From Chrysomallon squamiferum (Eukaryota; Animalia; Mollusca): DNA of 64,000 nucleotides. Of this stretch, positions 50,393-63,390 are shown one piece after another. The stretch is taken from assembly GCA_012295275.1 (NCBI GenBank), contig CM022665.1, forward strand, positions 11,222,001 through 11,286,000, written 5' to 3'. Made by a program: the position numbers and the translations under genes. The notes under the pieces are model-generated. The model was given only the letters and a program-made list of their open reading frames with translations. It made no database searches and was not told the origin of the DNA. How positions within the stretch are numbered: position 1 is the first letter of the stretch; each line of letters starts with the position of its first letter.

Positions 50393-50858
50393 ATGAATGT
50401 TATTCCACATATACTAGCAGTGCTAGCAGTTATACTTTGCGTTCGTGTCGTACCAGTGTCCGGCGATTTGGACAGATACTGCACCGTTGAAGATATCACG
50501 GAGGGTCCGGTTCGAGGTGGACACTGCGGTTCTGGACTCGCAGATTTAGTGCAAACTGTGTGCAGAATATTTGACAGGAGCAGACGTACACCTGCTTTCA
50601 AAAATAATCAAAGTATGTAGCAATAATCATATAGTATAGATATAAGGTTTCAGTAGATAACATGCAGCTTAGATTTAAATCTGTGATAAATAAATCGCAT
50701 TTTGAATTTACGTATTCGATATATAACTTGCAGCTTAGTTTAAAGTTTTCGAATGATAACTTAGAGTTTAGATTTAAATTTTCGATACATATTTAAATAC
50801 CTGAACTGGCGGGCCAAAAAAAAACCAACAAAAAAACAACAACCAATTAATGAAATAA

Positions 50859-50921
<63 letters not shown>

Positions 50922-51586
50922 AAAAAAATAAATAAATAAATAAAACACATGCTATTTAATGCTAAAACCTGATAGGTCGGTGGATCACCTACTATTTGAT
51001 TGTTAAGTAGTAAAAACCAGGAACAGATAGATCACTGAATCAGTGAGTCACGTATTATTTAATTTTAAGACTAGAAAGGACACTGAATCACTAACTATTT
51101 AATACTAAGACTAGATAGGTAATTGAATCATGTACTCTCTAATCTTTAATACTTTGATTAGCTAGATCTTTAAGGGATTAGTTAATATTTAAAAATAGAC
51201 TGTAACGACTGAACAATGCACGTAAATAGGACAGACCGATCTATATTAAAATAAAAACAACAAATCTTACACCTATTAGTGAACCATTAAAAAAAAAATT
51301 ATATATATATTATTTTTGTTTTAAATTTGGAACGAGATTTGAAGGAAGCACTACTTACTATTTGTATGTAATTTCTTTATTTACAAGAAGTGCCCCTTTT
51401 TCATTTTCAGAAAGAGTCAGTGTGCGAGATCTGATGTTGACAAAAGCCAACGCTCTGTCGTACTTGATAAAGAGAGAAAGTATCGGCACTAACCAAGGAA
51501 TCACCTGTGAATGTTGCTTCAATGTTTGCTCAGTGTCAGAGATGGCCGAGTACTGCCCTGTAATGCCATCACAAAGCAGGTCTTGA
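50393..51586 (+). CDS. Molluscan insulin-related peptide precursor (ILP-A), 131 aa; coding exons 50393-50612 and 51411-51586
   Basis: Signal peptide MNVIPHILAVLAVILCVRVVPVSG; B chain DLDRYC..GGHCGSGLADLVQTVC; RR and KR processing sites; phase-1 intron in the C region (A|gtatgt..ttttcag|AA); A chain QGITCECCFNVCSVSEMAEYC. Three B plus five A cysteines is the four-disulfide MIP pattern. AATAAA at 51789. Confidence 0.94.
50965..51145. repeat. Degenerate tandem repeat in the ILP-A coding intron
   Basis: aagactagataggtcactgaatcac.tactatttaat variants; a second short array (gcagcttagatttaaa) at about 50663-50785. Confidence 0.65.
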
Positions 51587-51631
51587 CCAGACATTCTTAA
51601 TCCCAAAAAATAAAACAACAAACAGAAAAAG

Positions 51632-51687
<56 letters not shown>

Positions 51688-52739
51688 AGAAGATAAAAAC
51701 TGTAAGAAACTATGTTTCAAATCGCTTTAATGAATGTATTACAAGTCATTGTGAAATTATATCATTTCTGTTTTTAAACTTAATCTTCAATAAAATAAAT
51801 GAATATGTACCTGAAACATATGACCGTGGAAATACAAATTTAGTTGAATTACATAACATGATTGTACAAGATACTGTTCTGTCGTTGTCAGTAAATATCG
51901 GCTAATGTACGTATTTACAAAAGTATTCTTGTAATTGTTTATTACGTCTGTCTCTCTTAATCCCAAAGTTTTACTTTGTAGGTGTAAAACATTAACAAGG
52001 TCATTAGCTTGGCTGTGACTAACTTTTCGGTTGTTATAAATTATTATTATACGTATTATAAATGTTGGTATACGTCATCAAGAGGCTATTAAAATAATAA
52101 CAACAACAACAACATTAGTAATAATAACAACAATAAATAAACAAATAAAACTGACTTTAATATAAAAATACATCTTTATAATATTTTATCTGTATATACT
52201 AACGCGATCAACTTATAAACTCAAATCTCCAACAAACTAGATATATCAAAATAACACATCTACCACTTTTCGTAAAGCTACGATTACAGTTATTACTACT
52301 GTACTTTTTCAACAAAAAATTAGGCAACAAAAACAATTCGTGCGTAATTCACGAACTCAATGATTGAGTGAAAGCAATGGAGTTGCGCCCCTTCGCACAT
52401 TATTTATTACATCGTGATAATTTTATAAATCGGTCGACAACAATCGAACGACATTGAAAACACAATTTCCCCATGAAAACAATATCAGGTGTTCATATGT
52501 CGTCAACAGACTCTATATCAACATAGTTATACCTGTCATTTCTGTTTTTCATCTGCACGCATGAGTCTTCGCTGTCAATACCTTAAACAAACAGCCAATT
52601 TGATCGATACAAAAAATTACGAATGAAGGTTTTGATCGAGGATATATGAAATGAAGAGACGACTCTCATTACGATGTGCAGTTTTCAACATATAAACTGT
52701 TTTGCTACAAAGATAAAAATCATACAAAGCCAAATTTAA

Positions 52740-52778
<39 letters not shown>

Positions 52779-53994
52779 AATAAATAAAATTATAGAGGTA
52801 ATATCATTTTGTAAATTAACGGCGCCACCATTAAAAATAAATAAATAAATAATTCGTTAATTATATAAATAAATAAAAGTAATAATATACACTTAGAAGA
52901 CAAAAGAAAAAGAAAAAAGAAAAAAAAAAAGAAGAAGAGGAACAAAGAAAAAGAATCTAAAAAAAAAGAACAATAAAACTGTCCGCTGCTGAATGTTTAG
53001 CTTCTTTCTTCCGTTTCTGAAAATCATAAAATACGAGAAAATAAATATTATTTGAGAGCAGACAATAAATTAATACCGCGAACAAAAAATTATATAGAAT
53101 AATTTTACACATAAACACTATTCAAATACACTAGCAGGAAGGCATGACTGATAATGAAGTGGGATGTTTACCGTTCCAAATTCGGCTTAAGAACAACTTA
53201 TTCTATTTATATTAACCAGTGTTGCTAATGAGAGAAGTAATAATCAGGCAGTTAGTGGCATCGTCCCATTTACGTCCTAACCTTCCCTGAATCTCTGATG
53301 AAGTACCCAAAAGAAATTTGTTTAAACTGGTCTCGGTGTTAATGGTAAAGGATAACACAGTGACAGAGCGACCATTCAGTACGTACTTGGGTCTCGTATC
53401 GAACTTGTTATCGTTATTTCCACTGAACAGTATCGATATTTCTACCTGTTATATCTTCTATTATTTTAACCTCTCAAAAACTGATACTCGCTAAACTGAC
53501 ACTAGAACAATGCAAACAACTAAGAGTACAGATTTGTAGTTTGTTACAGCAACCTGAAGTAAATAGATTTGTAAATTATTGTGTAGATTTATTGAAAACT
53601 TTAAAACACCTGACATTTTTTTATTCTTATGACATCACACAATTCAATACAGCATAGTACTAAACTACATGCATCGTCTTCTTCATTTTAACAAACAGGA
53701 CACAGACTGGATAGAATAATAAAACATTTAAATAATATTATAATTTTTAAAAATAATTTTGATTGTAATTAAAATGATACACAAATTTTGCAAAATTATA
53801 TTAAAACAACTCTGAATATCATTACAGTTGGTGTTAAGAATATATCAGTAAAAATACTGCATCTTTCACTAAGTCTTGCTTAGATATCAAACTTCTTCGG
53901 GTCTTCAGGAAAGATTTTAATCGGTTTCACTTCCAGTTCGTGAACACTGAAACTTTTATTCCACAACATAACTGTCCTAGACACAGGTCTATAT

Positions 53995-54420
53995 ATATTA
54001 CGTCACGCTTAGTCCGAGAATACGTCGTACCTTGTCTACATTAATTTAATTCATAGACTGAGTCTGCTATATTTATAATCTCAGATTACTTCCGCCTTAT
54101 CTAGGACTAGTTTATTTAGCGTCTAACATTACGTTACGCTTTTTCTGGGACTATTTGTTCTGTGTCCACGATTACGTTACGTCTATATTGGGACTATTTA
54201 TTTTATCTAAGATTATTTCACGCCTTGTCTGGGACTATTTAGTCCGTGTCGTAGATTATGTAACGCCTCGTCTGGAACAGTTTATTCGGTATCTCAGATT
54301 ACGTTACTCCTTATCTTAAGCTACTTTGTTCACAGTCTGAAATTACGTCACGCTTATTCTGAAAACATGTCACGCCTTGATCGAGTCTGTGTTATTCACT
54401 GTCTAATATTACGTTACATT
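53995..54420. repeat. About 42-bp minisatellite between the two insulin-like genes
   Basis: Roughly ten units of attacgt(t/c)acgccttgtctgggactattt.tt...gtct.ag. Confidence 0.85.
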
Positions 54421-55271
54421 TTGTAATAAGCTACGCACGTTCAAAGCTGCTGTGCAGTTCTGTATTAGAACTGACTAACTGTAATTCCGTATGAAAATGA
54501 TTAACTGATATTGTCTGAAAATGGAAACAGTGGTGTCTGCCAATGATACTGTAGAAAGCTACTGTTTCAGTAAATCAGTACTTGAATGCTCTCTGCTTAT
54601 TAATCACTAGAAACTGTTTTCGAACAAAAGCCTTTGAAAAGTAAACGATTTAAGAAGCCAAGAAAATACATGTAAGATAATTTAGTTTGCAAATAAAAGG
54701 CGACATTTCGTTTTCTACCAGTGATTAATATTGTCTTGGAACTTGAAACATGCAGTGATTAATTTTGTTAATTTTTGAAGGAATATTTTTGTAAAATATC
54801 TGAAGAAACAGACCAATGTGGGGTGGGTGAAGGAAATCAGACTACAAATTAAAGTATTATATCTGAACACAATCTCTTTATAGTGATGGTACAAACTGCC
54901 TACGCACATTCTGAATACCTCCAAGTAATTATATTTTTTATTTTATTAATAGCAACCATCGATCATTTGCTAATAATAACGTATACCAATAAAACTAAAA
55001 CAATATGTGAATGTATAGCAGTTAATATGTTTTCTTTTATACTGGTATAGTTTCGTTTATAAAAAGAAAGAAACAAAAAGTAAAAAATAAATTCTGACAA
55101 TAAATAAATCGCTGCCAAGTAGTCGTAGCCTCAGTCTGTAACGGATTTTTGTGTATCTCTCTGTACGAAAAATTACATTTAAAACAAATAAGGAGAAAAA
55201 TAACGTCACCTTTACGACCTTTTTATTTTAATTTCATACTTTATTGTTAACAAAGATTAGTTATTAGCAAC

Positions 55272-55311
<40 letters not shown>

Positions 55312-55478
55312 AAGAACAACAAAACAACAACAACATAAAAATAAACAAAGAAGAATACAAAATAAATATTTCTCCCATCAAACTTAAAGTAAAGGATATA
55401 CATATATTGTATTATTAAGAATGTTACTTTTCGAGTTAATTTAGGAAATAATGCTGGGTGGCTTTTAAAATACATACA

Positions 55479-55830
55479 TACTACTACTACTACTACCACT
55501 ACTTACAACAGCAGCAACAGCAACTATTTCTACTACTGTTACTACTTACTACTATTATTAGAACAACAACTACTACAACTTACAACAACGACCACTACTA
55601 CTGCTATTGCTACTTACAGTAATTACTACAACAGCTACAACTACATCTTCTGCTACCACTACCTACTACAACCAGTATTACTATCACGTCTACTACTACC
55701 ACCATTACTACTACCACAATTGTTACTACTACTACTACTACCTCCATTATTACTACGACAGTGGTTACTACTACTACTACTACTAGTAGTACTACCTGAA
55801 CTACTAATAATAGCAATGTTACTACTTTTA
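55479..55830. repeat. (ACT/ACA)n compound microsatellite
   Basis: Directly visible. Confidence 0.9.
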
Positions 55831-56282
55831 GCAGAAATATCAGGGTTACCTTACATCATGCCAATTAGATGTTCCGAATTAGTACGATTTACACGCAAAC
55901 AGAAATATCGAGATAGACGTTTTTGGGATTGTTGTTTCTTTCCCCAGTTTGTCAACGTTCCATAATTCCTGATAGTCCAGTGTTCCTGGCATCTGTTACA
56001 GGATCAGCTTAGACATAACAGAGAGAGAGAAAAAAAAAAGAACGACAGCTTAAAGCGTTGAGGTTTCATAATGTAGGTCTTAATCACATAGAAGCTTATA
56101 GAGATTTCATGACCTTTCGCAAAACGAATACGCTAAGACATTAAAGGGTTTACCTGTTTCTAATTTGCTTTGATCTGACATTATCAGATCCGTGTGACCT
56201 AATTAAGAATAAAGATTATTATGTATACTAGACATACTCATCCATAAAAGATTTACAATGATGGAAAATTCTGATGTTACTG

Positions 56283-56318
<36 letters not shown>

Positions 56319-57623
56319 TAACAATAATAATAATAATAATAACAACAACAACAACAACAATAATAACAACAACAACAATAACAATAACAACAACAACCCA
56401 CACAAACATATGTGTGTGTGTGTGTATATATATATATATTTATATTTGTTAAATGAAAGAATAGCAGGAGGACAAAATGTTTAGATTTCCGTTCGCTGTA
56501 TATTAATATCTTCAGTTTCTTTTTGATCTTAATTTGATCTTTGATTTCGTGTTAGCCGTCATAAAAGTTACATTTGAAACAGTGTGTTATCGACCGTCTT
56601 CGGATAATTTGTTTTAATATGAAGAACATAGATTTATATATATTACGTACATACGTAGTAATTTTTTCCTTTTAAATTTCTTTTTGCGACTTTTAAGCTC
56701 TTACTTGCTATCAACTTTATTTCATCGCACACCCGTACACACACACACGCACACATTGCGTATGCAATACATGCGTACTATGCTTAGTTTGTGTACTCGG
56801 CTTGCTAAACCTGTAGTGACTGGTAAAGCGCGGTTTTGGAACATATTCGAGAAATGAAAAAGATAAAATCGGCTACTGATGTAATAAAGGAAAACATTTC
56901 AGTATATGTAACAATGAAACGACGTAACAGTGAGAGAAGTAGCGGGAAAAGACGTTTAATTCGTATGGCTAGCAAATACACATATTACGTCCTAGCACTC
57001 AGTCAACTTTTTGAAACGCACTTCAGTTTGAAAGTTTGAACTGTAGATACAAACGACCATAACGGTTGTTTTCACACTGTATACAAATATTAGATGATTC
57101 ATGTGAAAGAAGAAAACCTTTTAATTTGGAACTGAACTTACATGTGAAATCAAATAAGAAAATGTAGTTGACTGTGAATAAAGACAATATGGATTAGTTA
57201 AGATCTCTGCGATTATCGTAGACCCAACAGATACAGAGAATTTACGTAAATGCAACAGATTAATCGTAAATCACCCTCGTTTTAGTATTATGTACGTAGA
57301 CAACCGCATTTTAAATTATCTGGATTCTACGAGCTAAATTATTTTAGTATGAAGCCAGAACCATTGCAAAATAAACATTCATACGTTTCATTATTGCAGT
57401 TTTAGAATTCGAAGTGTATAACTGATACATGTGCTGAAAGATGGCAGTCGTACTGGTAATCTTAATCTGCAAATGTAAAATTATTTCTTTATTTAACAAT
57501 CTTCATTATTATAATTTCAGCAAGAACTCTCTTTCTCTCTAACACTCAAACACAAATACACAGTGTCAAACAACCCACTCACCCCTAAATCCCAAACAAT
57601 ACAACAAACAATATTATCATCAA

Positions 57624-57656
<33 letters not shown>

Positions 57657-57902
57657 AAAGACAGGACAAAAAGGTGTATTTTTTATTATCAGTAATTCAA
57701 GACAATGTTTGAAATTTCTTTTATTTTCACCCAACATGGGATTCACACATATTTAATTTGCAACATGGTAATAAAGATGAATAACATATTTTCAATTCAA
57801 TATATTTTTTTCCTATCTGAATAAACAACGAAATACACACATATATATTCTGATCCATAATTATTTTTCTCTCTTCCATTTTTCTAGATCATAATTTTTA
57901 TT

Positions 57903-57938
<36 letters not shown>

Positions 57939-58028
57939 TTAAACTTTGTCTCTCCCAAAGTTGATGATGGCATATTAAGGTATTATTTATTTATGATTTA
58001 GAATATATGTTTAAGATAAATGTGATGG

Positions 58029-58180
58029 CTAAGGACAGTATTCTATGAGTTCACGCCAAGAGCATTGATTGAAACAACATTCGCAAGTAGCAGTGGCGCC
58101 GCTTCTTTTCTGTAAATACTCCATAGCCGATTTCTTTTTCAAAATTAAGCTCTTCAGTTTGCTAATCGGAGTCACTGGAT
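58029..58180 (-). CDS. ILP-B terminal coding exon (C-peptide and A chain), absent from the ORF track
   Basis: Reverse complement translates to ...QKRSGATATCECCFNQCSWRELIEYCP-TAG; phase matches the 62656 donor. Confidence 0.92.
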
Positions 58181-58951
58181 CTGTAAATAAATGAAACACG
58201 TGAAATTATATAAGCAGACTGACAGACAGACAGACAGACAAATACGTAGACAGATGAATGAATGGATAGGGATAGAGACACAAAACGACAGACACAGTAG
58301 TTTCATAATAGATTATTTTATTCTGCTACTTCAAATATTTCTGTATATTCCTACATCAGCAATTATTTTTATATTGACATGCTTTAACTGACGTAAACCC
58401 ACACAAATCAAAATAACGTGCAATCAGTAATATTATATACGAGATCATAAAACAGAAATTATATCTTGAAAACAGACGTTCCTTAACGAATAATGGGTTC
58501 TTTTGCAATGATTCCCGAAACTTGAACCAACACGAATCCACAGTTTAACTCTCCACAATAAATAAACAACAGAGACAGATAGCCGGCACACCTTTTATTA
58601 CTTTTAAATCAGAGATGTGAAATGTTCTTGTTGCATGTATTAATTGCAAAAATTCCGAAGATGAAATATTATTACGGAAAGAGCATACATGTAAGGCTTG
58701 AATGGTCGCTTCATGACGAGATCGTTAATTCCCCTTTCTTTCTTGTAATATTATGATCTAGAAAGTCAGTAAGAATAACGAAGAAGGAAGACATTAAGAA
58801 AGAAAAAAAATGAAAGAAAGAAAGAAAGGATGAGTGAAAGAGATTAAAGAAAGAAAAAACTTCAGCGAAAAGACGAAACAAAACAAGAAAAAGGATGACA
58901 GATAGATGAAAAGAAAGAAAACACAAAAAATGACATAAAGAGAAAACAAAT

Positions 58952-58985
<34 letters not shown>

Positions 58986-61257
58986 AAAAAGAACATAACT
59001 GAACGAAAAAGAAAAGAAGAAAAGGAAAAAAAAAAAAAAAAAAGAAAAGAAAAAGAATGAAAAACGAAGTAGGAAGTTTGAAAGAAAGAAAAAGATATTA
59101 AAGAAGCAGAGTATGTAAAGAAGATTATAGGATATAAGGAGGACCGTATATATTAACATACACACGCACATGCAATGACGCAAACACGATCATTTCCACT
59201 CATCCAAACCACGCATTTACTAGAAATGTTAAATAAGTAGAGCCTATTAAGAATTAAAAAAAGAACTGTTTATTTATGTTTTTTCTTATTCTCTTTGAAG
59301 CGTTAGAAATATACTGTAATAAAGAGATATCAAATTTCCGTAATTAAAAGTTAATGCGTGTATCTGAATAACGGTAATATTAATTAGAAACCACGCGTTT
59401 GATTCTAACGTTACATTATATTATGTTGTTACAATAATTACTGTTATTTTGTAAGCAATTACAGAGTGATATGGTTTAGCGTATAACAATAATTATTTTT
59501 TTATTTTACCAGGTACAAGTTGAATATATTATTAATAATAAATATATAAAGAAATATCATAACATAACAAACATAAATAATCAATAAATCACTGTAATTA
59601 GTAGTTTTAAGTAATTGTTCAATGCAGCCTTCTGTGTGAAAAAGTTTTAAATTTTAGAGCGGGAAGAAATCACGGTAGTTTCTTTTTCTACTTTTTCGTG
59701 TATTTGGTCACTGAATTTACGTATGTATACAGTGTCAAGGGTCAACAGAACATAGTTCACAAATGGCTAATGATTAAGATAAATGCTTGAAACCGATGAC
59801 ACTGTACTCACGAATGACATACTGTTGAGCATGCTAATATGTAAAAGATTCGGATACGCGTCTATGTATGTGTGTATTAATTGTGTATGTATGTATATGC
59901 ATGTATGTATTTTATAAACACGCACGCACACACACACACACACACTGTACGTATTGGCCAGTCGACTCAGTGACTGGTACAGCTTGGATTCCACACCCCA
60001 AACGAATAAAAAGATCCATGATCCGCACCTGTAAAATCGATACAAAACTGTTTTGCGATTTTGGACAGTGGCTATTGTTTTCATGTCTTTCTTTCTTTCT
60101 TTTTTTTTTTTAAAAAAAAAAAGAAAGAAAAAAGAATTATTTGTTTTTATGCTAAATAAAGACTGAGCAACTACGACGGCGATTTACGATTGGTAAAACT
60201 ATTTACGGTTGATACGGCTTCTTTTAAACTGATTATAATGTCATTGCAACTTCTGTACCCTGAATCGAAATGTCAGATGGATCAGAAGTCACGTTCTTCG
60301 TTTCATTGATTTAAATAAGGTTTCGTGTCCCCTGTCTATTTACTGCGTTTAACTGGGATTGATTCCAGTTAGATTTCATCTTCGAGTAATTGTAATTTAG
60401 TATTAAAGAGATAGCACAAGGAGGCTTCATTTCTAGAGTTGTGATTAGCTTTTAATAATAGCGTACATTTCAAATGGGAGTGGATTAGGGTTTCACGTGT
60501 TTACCTGGCCACTCTGCAACCTAAGAGTGTGGTCAAGCCATTGTCCATATTAACGTATAAGGTCAACACTCCATATGATGATACGTGATGCCAATATCCT
60601 AATTGTACTCGTATCTTCTGATAAAAACCAACCAATGTTCAGAAACATTCGAATATTACGTTTCAGAAACAATGATAAGGAAAATATTACATACTCTCTT
60701 TATCTGCGGGCGGTGGATATGATAGATCTCTGATCGCTCGTTTTCATTAATGTCAATGTTTGCGTGACCTATCCCAGACTGCAACGCGTCATCACCATTT
60801 TGTTTCCTTAGATTGTAACGGTTAACATGACAAACATTACAAACGCCTTCCCGTTGTGCTACATTCCTCCTGCTATAGATGTAAAACATTTCAATACACA
60901 GCCAGTTAATAAAACTATGTCAGATAATAAAATTTTATTGTCTGTAGCTGAAATTAGACCGGTGATTTTGTCTAATATAATTTTGTTTGACTCGAGTCAT
61001 TACAGAGAAACAAAATGGCGATTTTATGTATAGTGTGTTGTAGAAACAAGGCGCTTGACGTCACGTGAAAACAAACAGATGATAGCAGTAACTCACCGAA
61101 ATTCTTCTCTCTCGTTTTGACTTTGTACAAAACCCATTAATTTCACACATATTAAAACGACATTAATAAACTGTGTTGAATTGTCTTTAAAAATATCGCT
61201 TTTCTTTTGTAAAAGTTGAGAAAATGGAAAAAAAAATTCTTCTATTTGCTAGAAAAC

Positions 61258-61292
<35 letters not shown>

Positions 61293-62094
61293 TGTTTCGG
61301 CACCTGTTTTAAATGAAAGCATATTAATTTGGCACGTGTACGATTGTTCGCAGGGAAATATTAAAGAAAGATAAATAAATGAAATTTGAACGGGCATCAT
61401 CAGCGTTAACTTAGGCAGAGACATAACAGGTTGTGTCCCCTTTCAAACTGACGTGTTGTTGTTTTTATTATTATTATTATTATTAATCATATTTCAGTGT
61501 TAGCGCCACGTTTTACAGCGTAAAAGAGCGTTCAAATATTTTATGTTACAGTGGTTTAAAATATATGTGAAATGTGTAATACACGATGTTACGTTATGAA
61601 TCAGCAAACGACCTGATTATCAAGCGTCATACAGTTAGGCGTTTATTTTAAGCCAATTCAGGCAGACGAACCTTTCAAACCACGTAACGGCGGATAATTA
61701 AATTGCGAGGCGTAAAGTTCACCAGTAATGTAGGATATTACTAAACTCCATGTTAAGAAATATTTTCAACGAAAACTACTGCTGTCTGACGTTCATACTT
61801 TTATTACATTAAACGAAAGGTTAAAATGTCAAAATGAAACACGTCATGTTTTCGTTATTTCGTTGTAGTACAGCAAAAGATGACATATTTAAAAAAAAAA
61901 AAAAAAAAAAAATGTTAAACAGAACATATTATAAGGGTGGGTTGCAATTTTCGAATAGAGGTCTGACAGGTCGTGGAATCAAACCACCTCTTTGTACACT
62001 ATAAGGCTATTTTCTCGTTCCAACTCGTGCTCCACTTCTCGCTTCACCTCCAAAGTTGCACAAATTGATTTCAGATATTGGTTAGTTTATTTGA

Positions 62095-62145
<51 letters not shown>

Positions 62146-62842
62146 TTAAATATATTTAAAAATAAATCTATTCCTTTTGTAAATTAATTTTTCACCCTAA
62201 AAAAAAATGACATATAATTACTCTCCTATATTCAAACAGTTGAAATAAAGTTCAGTGATTTGTTGGGTGACAGGATTAATCGTCATCATTGTGTTGTTCG
62301 ACTGTGTTCCCGGAAAGCGTTTCACGGTTCATTTATTAAAGGCCACGGCGTGAGATTTCCAGTTAGTGGAATGACACGCACACACGCACACACACACCGA
62401 GCCTTACTACTGTGAATGAATGCTAGCATTCTCATATCATCATTTTATTTGAATTCTAATACGCTGAGGTGTTCTTAAACATTTCTCTCTTTATTCACTT
62501 TCTTCTTCTTCATTATTTAACAACAAAAAATTAATATTAATAAAACTCATCATCATCATCATCATCATCATCATTATCCTTATCACCACCACCACCGCCA
62601 TCATCACCATCATCATTATCATAATAATAAATTTAGCAAAAAAAAAATTTCATACCGCTTCGTTTTCGCCGTCTGTAACATAGACTGTCAAGTGCATGAG
62701 TGAAGTCGTTGCCGCAGATGCCGTTGGCGTGCACTTGTCGTGATGACAACGTGTTGCAGACACGGGGACTTCCGCGTGTTTTTACCATGTCGGGTAAAAT
62801 GGCGAGTACGAAGACGACAAGAAACACGGCCGAAACTTTCAT
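58029..62842 (-). CDS. Molluscan insulin-related peptide precursor (ILP-B), 112 aa; coding exons 62842-62656 and 58180-58029
   Basis: Acceptor ttttcag| at 62854; signal peptide MKVSAVFLVVFVLAILPDMVKT; B chain RVC..NGICGNDFTHALDSLC, then RRRKR; phase-1 donor G|gtatga; acceptor tttatttacag| at 58181; last exon encodes DPVTPISKLKSLILKKKSAMEYLQKR-SGATATCECCFNQCSWRELIEYCP*. Eight cysteines. Confidence 0.93.
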
Positions 62843-62961
62843 TATATTTTAGCCTGAAAATAAAAAAAAATAAAATAAAATAAAATAAAAAAAAATAATA
62901 AAAAATAATAAAAATAATTATAAAATAATAATAAAAATAAAAATAACAATATAAAGTAAAA

Positions 62962-63016
<55 letters not shown>

Positions 63017-63359
63017 AAATAAAAATAAAAATAAAATAAAATAAAATTCCCTGACTGGAGTCGATGATTAATTCTTAATGTAATGGGATCAAAACTGTGA
63101 AAAAGAATTGACAAAGGAAATTTCTACGATCGTCAGCTTGGGCGCCGATATTTAAGTTCCCGGTGAGCTAAAAACCAGTCCTGGGTGACTTTGGTTATGG
63201 AGCGCAGAGTGTTGAATTGTACGAAACTTTGCAACAGAATTACAAATTTCATCTTGCTTTATTCCGATTTTCTCCATTATTTTACGGGTACTTGGGAGGG
63301 GAGTAGTCTACCATGCGACCACAAGTTCTGCACCTTTGAAGTTCAGCAATAAAGTAAAA

Positions 63360-63390
<31 letters not shown>

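Noticed and set aside
60656-60889. Minus-strand ORF with CNVC, considered as the ILP-B A-chain exon
   Set aside because: No CxCC-x3-C-x8-C pattern in any frame; the true exon is 58180-58029.
63280-63345. Candidate non-coding first exon of ILP-B
   Set aside because: Weak donor and no clear promoter; exon 1 could not be placed and may lie beyond the window.
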